Below are positions 1 to 8,339 of a DNA stretch of 14,170 nt, in pieces (within the stretch, counting starts at the first letter, position 1; each line of letters starts with the position of its first letter). Under the pieces are notes generated by a model that was not told the DNA's origin, did not search any database, and was given only the letters and a program-made list of their open reading frames with translations. The stretch covers positions 1 through 14,170 of the forward strand of contig JBHHUC010000059.1 in assembly GCA_046861395.1 (NCBI GenBank), read 5' to 3'. The translations under genes were made by a program, and so were the position numbers. This DNA is from Fidelibacterota bacterium (lineage in GTDB: Bacteria > Fidelibacterota > Marinisomatia > Marinisomatales > JABMOV01).

Positions 1-22
1 TGCGATAATCCATACTAGACGA

Positions 23-355
23 TCAGTCCCATTCAAATCCCACCACCTTTCCGTTTTCGGGGTTCATTTCCACCGAATTATAATCCTGAATTTCCGGAAC
101 ATAGTAATAATAGATTTTCACACTTCCATCCTCATCCACCCAGACTGAATCCGGGGAGCCCAGCGTTACAATGACTTCCAGGTCCGTGGGACTTTCCTTC
201 AGAAACAGGTAAACGTCATAGGAATTCATGAGTCCCTGAGTATAGGGGGCAGGGAGCCGGTTTTCGGTAGCCGGGATCGGTAAAAGGGGCCGGGGTGCCG
301 GAGGCGCTGAGCAGGTCCAGAGAAAAAGAACCAGCAGGATAGTCTTTTTTGGCAT
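23..355 (-). CDS. Small putative lipoprotein (110 aa), possibly SmpA/OmlA(BamE)-like fold
   Basis: N-terminus MPKK, hydrophobic stretch and lipobox-like LWT-C15, then a Pro-rich linker. The C-terminal half has a 'V..LGSPDSV....YYYY' pattern reminiscent of SmpA/OmlA-type domains. The fold call is inference. Confidence 0.65.
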   Translation of the reverse strand: MPKKTILLVLFLWTCSAPPAPRPLLPIPATENRLPAPYTQGLMNSYDVYLFLKESPTDLEVIVTLGSPDSVWVDEDGSVKIYYYYVPEIQDYNSVEMNPENGKVVGFEWD

Positions 356-491
356 GGATGAAAATAACGCCGTGATCTCTTTTTTGAAAATGGGTTTCTC
401 AACCCCTCATCTTCCTGGCCGGAACGGGTATCTTTCTCTTTTTTCCCAACGATGAATTGGCGTAACTTGGTTTTTTGCATGGAGTACGATC

Positions 492-1304
492 TTGAGTGAA
501 CCCTTAAAACAAAAAGAATTTTTTCTGAATCAGGAATTCCTGACAGACCCCGAAGCCCGCTCACTGCGAATCCTGTCCGAATATATCGGACCTCGTCTGC
601 GATTCCAGGAAAACCAGATCGCGGATACCATCGTATTCTTCGGGTCGGCCCGCATTCCTACACCCGACCAGGCCCGAGCAGACCTGGAAGCGGCAGCGGA
701 GGACATTCCGGTTGCGGAAAAACGTAAACTGGAACAGAATCTGGCCAACAGTGTGTATAATGAAAAATGTCGGAAACTAGCATATAAACTGACCCACTGG
801 AGTAAAAACCTGAAAAACAGTGATCACCGGTATATTATTACATCGGGAGGTGGTCCCGGCATCATGCGGGCGGCAAATAAAGGCGCCAGTGAAGCCAAGG
901 GGCTGTCCATCGGATTGAACATTACTCTGCCCTTCGAACAGTCCAGTAATCCCTACATCACGACCGACCTGGACATTCAGTTTCATTATTTTTTCATGCG
1001 GAAATTCTGGATGGCCTACCTGGCAAAAGCCCTGGTGGCCTTTCCCGGCGGATTTGGCACCCTGGATGAATTGATGGAAATTCTGACTCTGATACAGACC
1101 AGGAAAATTTCCAAAAAAATTCCCATCGTCCTGTTCGGGAAAACATTCTGGAAAAAAGTGATTAATTGGAATTATCTGGTTGAAATCGGCACCATCAACG
1201 AGGAAGACCTGGATCTATTCACCATTACCGATTCGGTCGATACGGCATTTCGGTTCATTACCAAATCCATTTCCAAAAGCGATTTTAAGGGACCGAATTT
1301 TTAG
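492..1304 (+). CDS. LOG-family (TIGR00730 Rossmann-fold) nucleotide phosphoribohydrolase, often annotated as lysine decarboxylase family
   Basis: Motifs FFGSAR, GGGPGIM, GLNITLPFEQ, YFFMRK and the LOG signature PGGFGTLDE (PGGxGTxxE). TTG start with GGAG at 481-484. Confidence 0.92.
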   Translation: MSEPLKQKEFFLNQEFLTDPEARSLRILSEYIGPRLRFQENQIADTIVFFGSARIPTPDQARADLEAAAEDIPVAEKRKLEQNLANSVYNEKCRKLAYKLTHWSKNLKNSDHRYIITSGGGPGIMRAANKGASEAKGLSIGLNITLPFEQSSNPYITTDLDIQFHYFFMRKFWMAYLAKALVAFPGGFGTLDELMEILTLIQTRKISKKIPIVLFGKTFWKKVINWNYLVEIGTINEEDLDLFTITDSVDTAFRFITKSISKSDFKGPNF

Positions 1305-1311
1305 AGGTATC

Positions 1312-4300
1312 ATGAAACAACTGTCATTTAGTATTATTCTGCTTTCCTTTTTAACAGCCCAGATCGGTCCCCCGGCGGCCCTCCAATCCGTCACACCCCG
1401 GGTCTTTGCCCTGACTAATGGAATTTTCCATGTGGAACCGGGCCGGAAAATCGATGAAGGTGTCATCCTGCTCCGGGACGGCTTTATTGAAGCGGTGGGT
1501 CCGCGTGTCGATATTCCGGCCGATGCCACCGTGATTGATTTGAAGGGAGGGCATGTTTATGCCGGATTCATTGACGGCTGGTATGAAGTAAAGACGGATG
1601 ACATTGCCCGGACCGCCCAATCGCACTGGATTGATCTGGTTCATCCGGAATGGGTGAGTGCCGATCTTTTCCAACCGGAGAAGAAGGAATTGGAGGCCCT
1701 GCGTTCCATGGGATTCACGACCGTACTGACCGTGCCGGATAAGGGCATTTTCCGGGGCCGGGCTTCATTGATGAGCCTCAGCGATACCCATCCCGCTCTG
1801 GACCCGAATGTGGCTCAGGTCATGGACTTCCAAACCCGCGGCTGGGATGCCAAAGATTATCCCGGTGCCCTGCTGGGTACCATTGCCGTCATGCGACAAA
1901 CCTTTTACGATGCCGATTGGTATGACAAAGCCCAAGCGGTGTATCATAAATATCCGGAGCAAAATGAACCGGTTCCGGTCAATAATGCCCTGGCGGCTGT
2001 GGGAAAGGATAAATCCCTGGCCCGACCCTTTTATTTCCGTACCACATCGGAAATTGCGGCGCTGCGCGCAATTCACCTGTCCCGTGAATTCAACCTGGAC
2101 CTTTGGCTCCTGGGCAGTGGCTTTGAATATCAACGATTGAAGGAAATTACCCAGGTCAACCCCTTTATTGTGATACCCCTGAATTTTCCCGGAAAGCCGG
2201 ATGTGGCCGATCCTTACCGGGCGTTGCAATATCAGACCGACCAACTCCTGCATTGGGATTTGGCACCGGATAATCCGGCCCGGTTGACCGAACGGGGAAT
2301 TCCCCTTGGTCTGACAACCTACGGCTTGAAGGATAAAAAACAATTTCGTAAAAATATCGCGCTGGCAACCCAACGGGGCTGGACGGAAAAATCCGCCCTG
2401 GCCGCTCTCACCACCCAACCGGCCCAGGCCATGGGAAAGAAAGAAATTCTGGGAAAAATTGCCAAGGGTTATCAGGCGAATCTGGTTGTTGTGGACGGAA
2501 ATTATTTTACCGCCGATGCGCCGGTCCGGGCAGTCTGGATTGCCGGCGTGGAATACCCCATTGAACCGGAACCGGACAGGCCGGCCTCGGGTAGCTGGGA
2601 ATTTCATCTCTTCGATCAAACGGCTACACTGACCATAGGCGGTAAATTCCCCAAATTGACATTCACATTCACCTATGATTCGACGGATATCAAGGCCCAC
2701 AATCTGGCCGTCAGCGGCCGCCGTATTTCCTGGACCATCGAAGCGGAAGAATATGGATTTCATGGAGTGACCCAATTCGTGGGACATTTCACACCCCATT
2801 CTCTGACCGGAACAGCTTATTATTCCGATGGCGATGAATTGCCGTTTACGGCTCAATGGCAGTCCAAAACAAAAAACACACAGGATAAGGAGCCACGGGT
2901 TACGCCCAGCGATCTGACCATTACCTATCCCCTGGGTGCTTTCGGATTACCTCAGCCCCCGGACCAGCCCCACGCCATATTAATCAATGATGCAACCCTG
3001 TGGACCTGCAGTGATCAGGGAATTCTCAAGGACTGGGATATGTTGATCCAGGATGGTGTTATTACACGCATTGCCCCTGATATCAGAATTCCCCGGGGTA
3101 GTGCCTTGGTCATCGACGGTCGGGAAAAGCATATTACACCGGGACTCATAGATGCTCACAGTCATACGGCTTCCGCTTCCATCAATGAAGGGACCCAGTC
3201 CGTGACCGCCGAAGTCCGCATCCAGGATGTATTGAATCCCGATGATATCAGCCTTTACCGGCAGCTGGCCGGTGGTTTGACCATTCTCAATTCCCTGCAT
3301 GGATCCGCTAACGTCATCGGAGGACAAAATGCCGTGCTCAAACTTCGCTGGGGTGCTACTGCAGAGGGCCTGATCTATGAAAAAGCGCCACCCGGTATCA
3401 AGTTTGCCCTGGGTGAAAATGTCAAACAATCCAACTGGGGCGATGATTTCAGGACCCGTTATCCTCAAACCCGAATGGGCGTGGAACAGGTGCTGCGGGA
3501 TGCCTTCACCCGGGCCCTGAATTATGAAAAGAACTGGCGAGCCTATCGAAAAAGCACCAAACTCCAAAAGACAAAGGTTCCTCCCCGCCGTGACCTAGAG
3601 CTGGACGCTCTGGTTGAAGTCTTACACGATAAGCGATTGGTTCATTGTCATTCCTACCGCCAGGATGAAATTTTGATGTTGACCCGAGTCGCAGAGGATT
3701 TCGGTTTTACAATCGATATTTTTCAACATGTTCTGGAAGGTTATAAAGTTGCCGATCGCATGGCCGCTCATGGTGCCGGTGGTTCTACTTTTACAGACTG
3801 GTGGGCTTATAAGTTTGAAGTGTATGATGCCATTCCCTATAACGGAAAATTAATGCAGGATGCCGGGGTTGTGGTTTCCTTTAACAGTGATTCCAATGAA
3901 TTGGCCCGAAGGTTGAATCTGGAAGCGGCCAAAGGGGTTAAATACAGCGGTATGACAGAAGAAGAAGCCTTGAAAACCGTCACCCTCAATCCGGCGATTC
4001 AACTGGGCATTGATGAATATGTCGGTTCCCTGGAAGTAGGGAAAGATGCCGATTTCGTCGTGTGGAGCGGACATCCTCTCTCCACCCGCACAGTCTGTGA
4101 AGAAACATGGATCGACGGCCAACAATATTTCTCCCGGAAAAAGAATGAAGAATTGCTGGCCCGGGACACCGACCTCCGTCGTCGTCTGATCCAAAAAATA
4201 TTGCATACGGAAGATGACGATAACCCGGCCATGGAACCTGCTCCAGTCAATCCGGAGGATGACCATTCCTGTCTGGGCCATGACCGGATCACCTGGGAAG

Positions 4301-4314
4301 GAGCCGGACAATGA
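1312..4314 (+). CDS. Probably secreted tandem-domain amidohydrolase-superfamily protein (~1000 aa)
   Basis: Start re-assigned to ATG 1312 (GAGGT at 1304-1308; signal-peptide-like MKQLSFSIILLSFLTAQ). The C-terminal domain has PGLIDAHSH, IKFALGENVK, HCHSYR, FQHVLEG, FNSDS and GSLEVGKDADFVVW. The N-terminal domain has the same scaffold but a degenerate metal motif (AGFIDGW). Confidence 0.9.
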   Translation: MKQLSFSIILLSFLTAQIGPPAALQSVTPRVFALTNGIFHVEPGRKIDEGVILLRDGFIEAVGPRVDIPADATVIDLKGGHVYAGFIDGWYEVKTDDIARTAQSHWIDLVHPEWVSADLFQPEKKELEALRSMGFTTVLTVPDKGIFRGRASLMSLSDTHPALDPNVAQVMDFQTRGWDAKDYPGALLGTIAVMRQTFYDADWYDKAQAVYHKYPEQNEPVPVNNALAAVGKDKSLARPFYFRTTSEIAALRAIHLSREFNLDLWLLGSGFEYQRLKEITQVNPFIVIPLNFPGKPDVADPYRALQYQTDQLLHWDLAPDNPARLTERGIPLGLTTYGLKDKKQFRKNIALATQRGWTEKSALAALTTQPAQAMGKKEILGKIAKGYQANLVVVDGNYFTADAPVRAVWIAGVEYPIEPEPDRPASGSWEFHLFDQTATLTIGGKFPKLTFTFTYDSTDIKAHNLAVSGRRISWTIEAEEYGFHGVTQFVGHFTPHSLTGTAYYSDGDELPFTAQWQSKTKNTQDKEPRVTPSDLTITYPLGAFGLPQPPDQPHAILINDATLWTCSDQGILKDWDMLIQDGVITRIAPDIRIPRGSALVIDGREKHITPGLIDAHSHTASASINEGTQSVTAEVRIQDVLNPDDISLYRQLAGGLTILNSLHGSANVIGGQNAVLKLRWGATAEGLIYEKAPPGIKFALGENVKQSNWGDDFRTRYPQTRMGVEQVLRDAFTRALNYEKNWRAYRKSTKLQKTKVPPRRDLELDALVEVLHDKRLVHCHSYRQDEILMLTRVAEDFGFTIDIFQHVLEGYKVADRMAAHGAGGSTFTDWWAYKFEVYDAIPYNGKLMQDAGVVVSFNSDSNELARRLNLEAAKGVKYSGMTEEEALKTVTLNPAIQLGIDEYVGSLEVGKDADFVVWSGHPLSTRTVCEETWIDGQQYFSRKKNEELLARDTDLRRRLIQKILHTEDDDNPAMEPAPVNPEDDHSCLGHDRITWEGAGQ

Positions 4315-5630
4315 AACGAATACTCTTTTTGCTCTTCTCGCTCCTGATTGCTTCCGATCAAATACCCGCTCCCAGACAGGATCATCCCATCCTGATCCAG
4401 GGCGGAACCATACATACCGTCAGTGGAAGAAACCTGCCGCAAACGGATATTCTGTTTGAAAATGGCATCATCACCCGGATTGAAAAGCATATTCAACCGG
4501 AACCGGACATGGCAGTCATCGATGCCACGGACCGTCATATCTATCCCGGTTTGATTGCCAGTGTTTCAACCATGGGACTGGTGGAAGTCGGAGCCGTCCG
4601 GGCCACCGCGGATTATAATGAAGTCGGTTCCGTTACACCGGAAGTCCGGGCAAATGTGAGTTATAATCCCGATTCTGAAATCATTCCCGTTACCCGATCC
4701 AACGGTGTCCTGTTTGCCAATGTCATGCCCAAAGGTGGTCGGATTCCGGGACAGTCTTCCCTCATGATGCTGGATGGCTGGACTTGGGAAGAGGCTACCT
4801 TTAACCATCCCACTGCTCTGCATATTGTGTGGCCCGGAATGTGGCTGAATCTCAACCCGAATGCCAAGAAATCCGTTCCGGAGCAGGAAAAGGCGATCCG
4901 GGAAGCCTTAACAGAACTGGACCGGTTATTTGATAAGGTCATTCAATATAAGAAAATACAGGATCATCCGCCCCGGGCCCGAAACGTAAACTGGCAACAG
5001 GATATTCGCCTGGAAACCATGATTCCCTATGTCCTGGGGGAAAAAAGAATTTTCATCCATGCCAATGATTTGCGCCAGATTGAATCTGCCGTAAACTGGG
5101 CCCTGAAACGCAACATCGACATTGCCATCGTCGGTGGTGCTGATGCCTGGCGCGTGGCTGATCTGTTGAAACAACACCAGATACCGGTGATTATCGAAGG
5201 TATTTTACGTGTTCCTTACCGCCGTTTTGAAGATTATGATGCCGCCTATGCCTTGCCGCGGAAATTATTTGAGAAAGGAGTGCCGTATTGTATATCCACA
5301 GCCGGAAATCCCTTCCAGGCGCCACATGGTCGTGATTTACCCAATCATGCCGCCATGGCAGCCGCCTTCGGCCTGCCGCCGCAGGAAGCCCTCCGGGCCA
5401 TTACCCTGTATCCGGCCCGCATTCTGGGAGTAGCCGACCGCATCGGATCACTGGAAGTGGGAAAGGAAGCGTCTCTATTCATCGCCACCGGGGATATCCT
5501 GGAGATCACCACCACGGTCGAACAGGATTTCATCCAGGGACGAAAAATTGATATGAATGATAAACACAAAATGCTGTATCGGAAATATCAGGAAAAATAT
5601 AAACAATTAGGAATTTTAGGGGATAATTGA
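4311..5630 (+). CDS. Probably secreted amidohydrolase-superfamily protein lacking the HxH metal motif
   Basis: Signal-peptide-like N-terminus; IQGGTIHTV, IDATDRHIYPGLI, ALRAITLYPARILG, GSLEVGKEASL. ATGA overlap with the upstream gene. Confidence 0.88.
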   Translation: MKRILFLLFSLLIASDQIPAPRQDHPILIQGGTIHTVSGRNLPQTDILFENGIITRIEKHIQPEPDMAVIDATDRHIYPGLIASVSTMGLVEVGAVRATADYNEVGSVTPEVRANVSYNPDSEIIPVTRSNGVLFANVMPKGGRIPGQSSLMMLDGWTWEEATFNHPTALHIVWPGMWLNLNPNAKKSVPEQEKAIREALTELDRLFDKVIQYKKIQDHPPRARNVNWQQDIRLETMIPYVLGEKRIFIHANDLRQIESAVNWALKRNIDIAIVGGADAWRVADLLKQHQIPVIIEGILRVPYRRFEDYDAAYALPRKLFEKGVPYCISTAGNPFQAPHGRDLPNHAAMAAAFGLPPQEALRAITLYPARILGVADRIGSLEVGKEASLFIATGDILEITTTVEQDFIQGRKIDMNDKHKMLYRKYQEKYKQLGILGDN

Positions 5631-6433
5631 TGGAGTTTAATGCGATCGTTAGTCAACGAATTGAGGTTTCACCCGATTTGATCATTCTACGGATTGTCCC
5701 GGACAATTGGGAATTACCGGACTTTTATGCCGGACAATTTGCCGTGTTGGGATTGCCTGAATCAGCCCGACGGACGGCCTTTGCCGACCGGGAACCGGAT
5801 ACGGACTCTGCCAAACCCATAAAAAGGGCATATTCCATTGCCTCCTCTTCGCGCAATAAGGAATATATCGAATTTTACATTACCCTGGTTCGGTCCGGCA
5901 AACTGACACCGCGTCTGTTTGCGCTCAAACCGGGCGACAAAATATTTCTGGGAAAAAAGTTCACCGGGATGTTTACCATGGACATGCTCACCGGAGAACC
6001 AAATATTTTACTTATCGGCACCGGAACAGGTCTCGCGCCTTATATGAGCATGCTGCGCACCCATCTGGTGTGTGGCGGTCCCCGACGGTTTGGCATTCTC
6101 CACGGCGCCCGGCACTCCTGGGACCTAGGATACCGATCGGAACTTATTACACTGAAACACATGTGTACCAATGTGACCTATTTACCGGTGATCAGCCGGC
6201 CCAAGGAGGAAGTAACACCCTGGGGCGGTATGGTTGGTTATGTTCAGGATGCCTGGGAATCCCGAGATCTAAGGGAATCCTGGGGTGGTGAACCATCACC
6301 TACCGATACCCACGTTTTTCTCTGTGGCGGACCGGCCATGGTGGACGATATGTGTTCCCGCCTGGAAGTAGCCGGATTTACTGAGCATACCAAGAAAAAT
6401 CCCGGTAACATTCACGTGGAACGGTACTGGTAA
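5630..6433 (+). CDS. fpr: Bacterial-type ferredoxin/flavodoxin-NADP+ reductase
   Basis: FAD motif RAYSIAS, GKLTPRL, NAD(P) motif GTGTGLAPYMSM, FLCGGPAMV, and C-terminal HVERYW similar to the E. coli Fpr EHYW end. TGATG overlap with the upstream stop; AGGGGA RBS at 5618-5623 (TTG 5627 is an alternative start). Confidence 0.88.
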   Translation: MEFNAIVSQRIEVSPDLIILRIVPDNWELPDFYAGQFAVLGLPESARRTAFADREPDTDSAKPIKRAYSIASSSRNKEYIEFYITLVRSGKLTPRLFALKPGDKIFLGKKFTGMFTMDMLTGEPNILLIGTGTGLAPYMSMLRTHLVCGGPRRFGILHGARHSWDLGYRSELITLKHMCTNVTYLPVISRPKEEVTPWGGMVGYVQDAWESRDLRESWGGEPSPTDTHVFLCGGPAMVDDMCSRLEVAGFTEHTKKNPGNIHVERYW

Positions 6434-6435
6434 GC

Positions 6436-6996
6436 ATGGCCTGGATCCGAACGACTGAAGGCCAGGAATCGGATCGTTACCTGTCTCGTTTAATTGCCCG
6501 CCATGCCGATCGGGAAACTGGTCGATTGGATCATATTCTGGCCATTCATGGTCAGGACCCGCCCACGATGGAGGATCATCTTCGTTTATATAAACGACTC
6601 ATGTATGGCGAATCGGAATTGACACGGACCCAGCGGGAAATGATTGCAGTGGCCGTTTCGGTGGAAAATCGTTGCCATTACTGAATAACACATCACGGAG
6701 AGGCTCTCCGCAGAACCAAAATGTCTGACGATATGATCTCTTCACTGCTCCGGGGACAAACACCAGCCAAATTGGGAAGGCCCGACAAGAACATTCTCAG
6801 ATACGCCCGCAAACTCACTGCCCAACCCTGGACCGTCACCGAAGAAGATGTCCAGGAACTACGTGCATCCGGATTTTCCGACAAAGCCATTCTGCAGATC
6901 AATCTGGTCGTTGATTATTTTAATTTTGTCAACCGGTTGGCCAGCGGGCTAGGCGTGGAACTGGAGCCTTATTGGTCCGGGAAAGAGAAGCAATAA
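6436..6996 (+). CDS. AhpD/CMD-like peroxidase-related protein, probable selenoprotein (CxxU; Sec codon TGA at 6682-6684), 186 aa
   Basis: ORFs 6436-6684 and 6721-6996 share a frame with no other stop between them. Read-through gives LTRTQREMIAVAVSVENRCHY-U-ITHHGEALR...LRYARKLT..P..VTEEDVQELRASGFSD...YFNFVNRLASGLG. This matches the 'REMIAVxVS..NxCxYC..xHG..LR ... FN..NR' pattern of peroxidase-related AhpD-core proteins. A SECIS-like hairpin lies downstream of the TGA. Confidence 0.88.
6696..6710 (+). promoter_or_regulatory. Putative bacterial SECIS element (upper stem-loop)
   Basis: CGGAGA-GGC-TCTCCG: perfect 6-bp stem with a G-starting apical loop, separated from the in-frame TGA by 11 nt (ATAACACATCA). 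Confidence 0.72.
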
Positions 6997-7572
6997 ATGG
7001 AGCCGAAACGCTGTCCCTGGCCCGGATCTGATCCTGCCATGGTGGCCTACCATGATAAGGAATGGGGAACACCATGTCATGACGATCGGTTATGGTTCGA
7101 ATTTATTACTCTGGATGCTTTCCAGGCCGGACTCAGTTGGCAAATTGTTCTTAACAAACGGGAAGGTTTTCGCAAAGCTTTTGACGATTTCCAACCGGAA
7201 ATAATTGTAAACTATTCGGCTGCCAGACAGGAAGGGTTGCGCCGGAATCCCGAAATTATCCGGAACCGCCTTAAAATCGCTGCAACGGTTTCCAACGCCG
7301 AAGCTTTTCTTAGGGTAAAGGAGGAATTCGGTTCTTTCGACTCTTACATCTGGCAGTTTACCGCTGGCAAGCCGATACAAAATACCTGGAAATCCCAGGA
7401 TGAGGTCCCCGCCTCTACCCCGCTCAGTGATCGAATCAGTCAGGATTTGAAAAAGCAGGGATTCAAATTTGTTGGCACAACCATTGTCTATGCCTTTTTA
7501 CAGGGTGCTGGGATTGTTAATGATCACCTTGTGACCTGTTTCCGATATAAGGAATTGTGCGAAAAAATTTAG
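6997..7572 (+). CDS. tag: DNA-3-methyladenine glycosylase I
   Basis: RCPW, YHDKEWG, FQAGLSW, IIRNRLKI, GFKFVG, GIVNDHLVTCF, with the Cys/His/His/Cys zinc ligands present. Starts immediately after the upstream TAA. Confidence 0.96.
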   Translation: MEPKRCPWPGSDPAMVAYHDKEWGTPCHDDRLWFEFITLDAFQAGLSWQIVLNKREGFRKAFDDFQPEIIVNYSAARQEGLRRNPEIIRNRLKIAATVSNAEAFLRVKEEFGSFDSYIWQFTAGKPIQNTWKSQDEVPASTPLSDRISQDLKKQGFKFVGTTIVYAFLQGAGIVNDHLVTCFRYKELCEKI

Positions 7573-8339
7573 TGGTAATATTCGTGCCTTAATTTTTCCC
7601 GTAACCCAAGTGTCAAAAGACCGGGACCGGGCAGGGAAAAATCATCAATCCGGGTCACGGGGACAATACCAAGCGTACTGCTGGTGATAAACACTTCCTC
7701 CTTCCGCTTCAGTTCACTGACATTAATCGAAGCATAACGTACGGGGGCCGAACTCAGATCGATTACCAGTTGGCGTGTTATCCCCGGTAATACCTCTGCT
7801 TCCCGGGTAAACAATTCCTTCCCATCCACCCAGAATATATTGGATCGCGATCCTTCAAACACCTCACCTTCCGGACCCACTATCAAGGCTTCAAAATAGC
7901 CCGCGTTCCGTGCATCACGATAACTCAAAAAACATTCCAGATAGGATAAGGATTTCACTTCCGGTAACGGGCGTTTCTGTATGACGGTCTTCATCGCCAC
8001 GCCCTGGTATATTTCCGATGCAATTCGAATCGGTTCCGAAAGTAAAGCCACACCTTCCGGTACAACGATAATCTTAATCCGGCGTAAGGAACCATTGCCC
8101 CGCTGAGCGATTCGATCGATCATGGAACGTATTTCCAATAGTGTAAAAGGTGAATTCAGGCCGATGGCCTCCAGGGAAGATGTCAGTCGCCTGACATGTT
8201 CATCCGGTAAAATCACCGACCCGTCCGCGTTTTGGCGCAACGTTTCAAACGCACCGAAACCATATTGCACCGCCGGTGACAGAAGAGGAATCTGAGCCTC
8301 ATCCTTTTCCACCCAGTCATTATTCCACAATATTATCAT
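7569..8339 (-). CDS. pabC: Class IV PLP enzyme, likely 4-amino-4-deoxychorismate lyase
   Basis: YGFGAFETLR, VKSLSY (PLP Lys), EGSRSNIFWV, LPGITR, EEVFITSS. The PabC function is inferred from position directly after pabB (ATGA overlap). Confidence 0.78.
   Translation of the reverse strand: MIILWNNDWVEKDEAQIPLLSPAVQYGFGAFETLRQNADGSVILPDEHVRRLTSSLEAIGLNSPFTLLEIRSMIDRIAQRGNGSLRRIKIIVVPEGVALLSEPIRIASEIYQGVAMKTVIQKRPLPEVKSLSYLECFLSYRDARNAGYFEALIVGPEGEVFEGSRSNIFWVDGKELFTREAEVLPGITRQLVIDLSSAPVRYASINVSELKRKEEVFITSSTLGIVPVTRIDDFSLPGPGLLTLGLREKLRHEYYH

Noticed and set aside
1..25. Read-through of the lipoprotein TGA into an in-frame ATG at 13 (minus strand)
   Set aside because: No redox-motif context and too little sequence to evaluate; ATG 13 is more likely the start of the next gene.
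384..402. TTGAAAATGGGTTTCTCAA as a second Fur-like box
   Set aside because: Imperfect symmetry and arm spacing 2 nt longer than the 10725-10753 site; too weak to call.
1180..1311. ORF-track N-terminal extension of the large amidohydrolase
   Set aside because: It overlaps the LOG gene by 125 nt. ATG 1312 has an RBS and yields a signal-peptide-like start.
1765..2856. 363-aa antisense ORF, plus other minus-strand ORFs within 226-5569
   Set aside because: They lie mostly or wholly opposite well-supported genes, or overlap them out of frame, and have no recognisable motifs; shadow ORFs.
6436..6996. Two separate small genes (82 aa + 91 aa) or a nonsense pseudogene
   Set aside because: The TGA sits precisely at the redox Cys position, the intervening codons encode conserved residues, a SECIS-like hairpin follows, and both halves look intact. 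Sec read-through is more parsimonious, though unproven.
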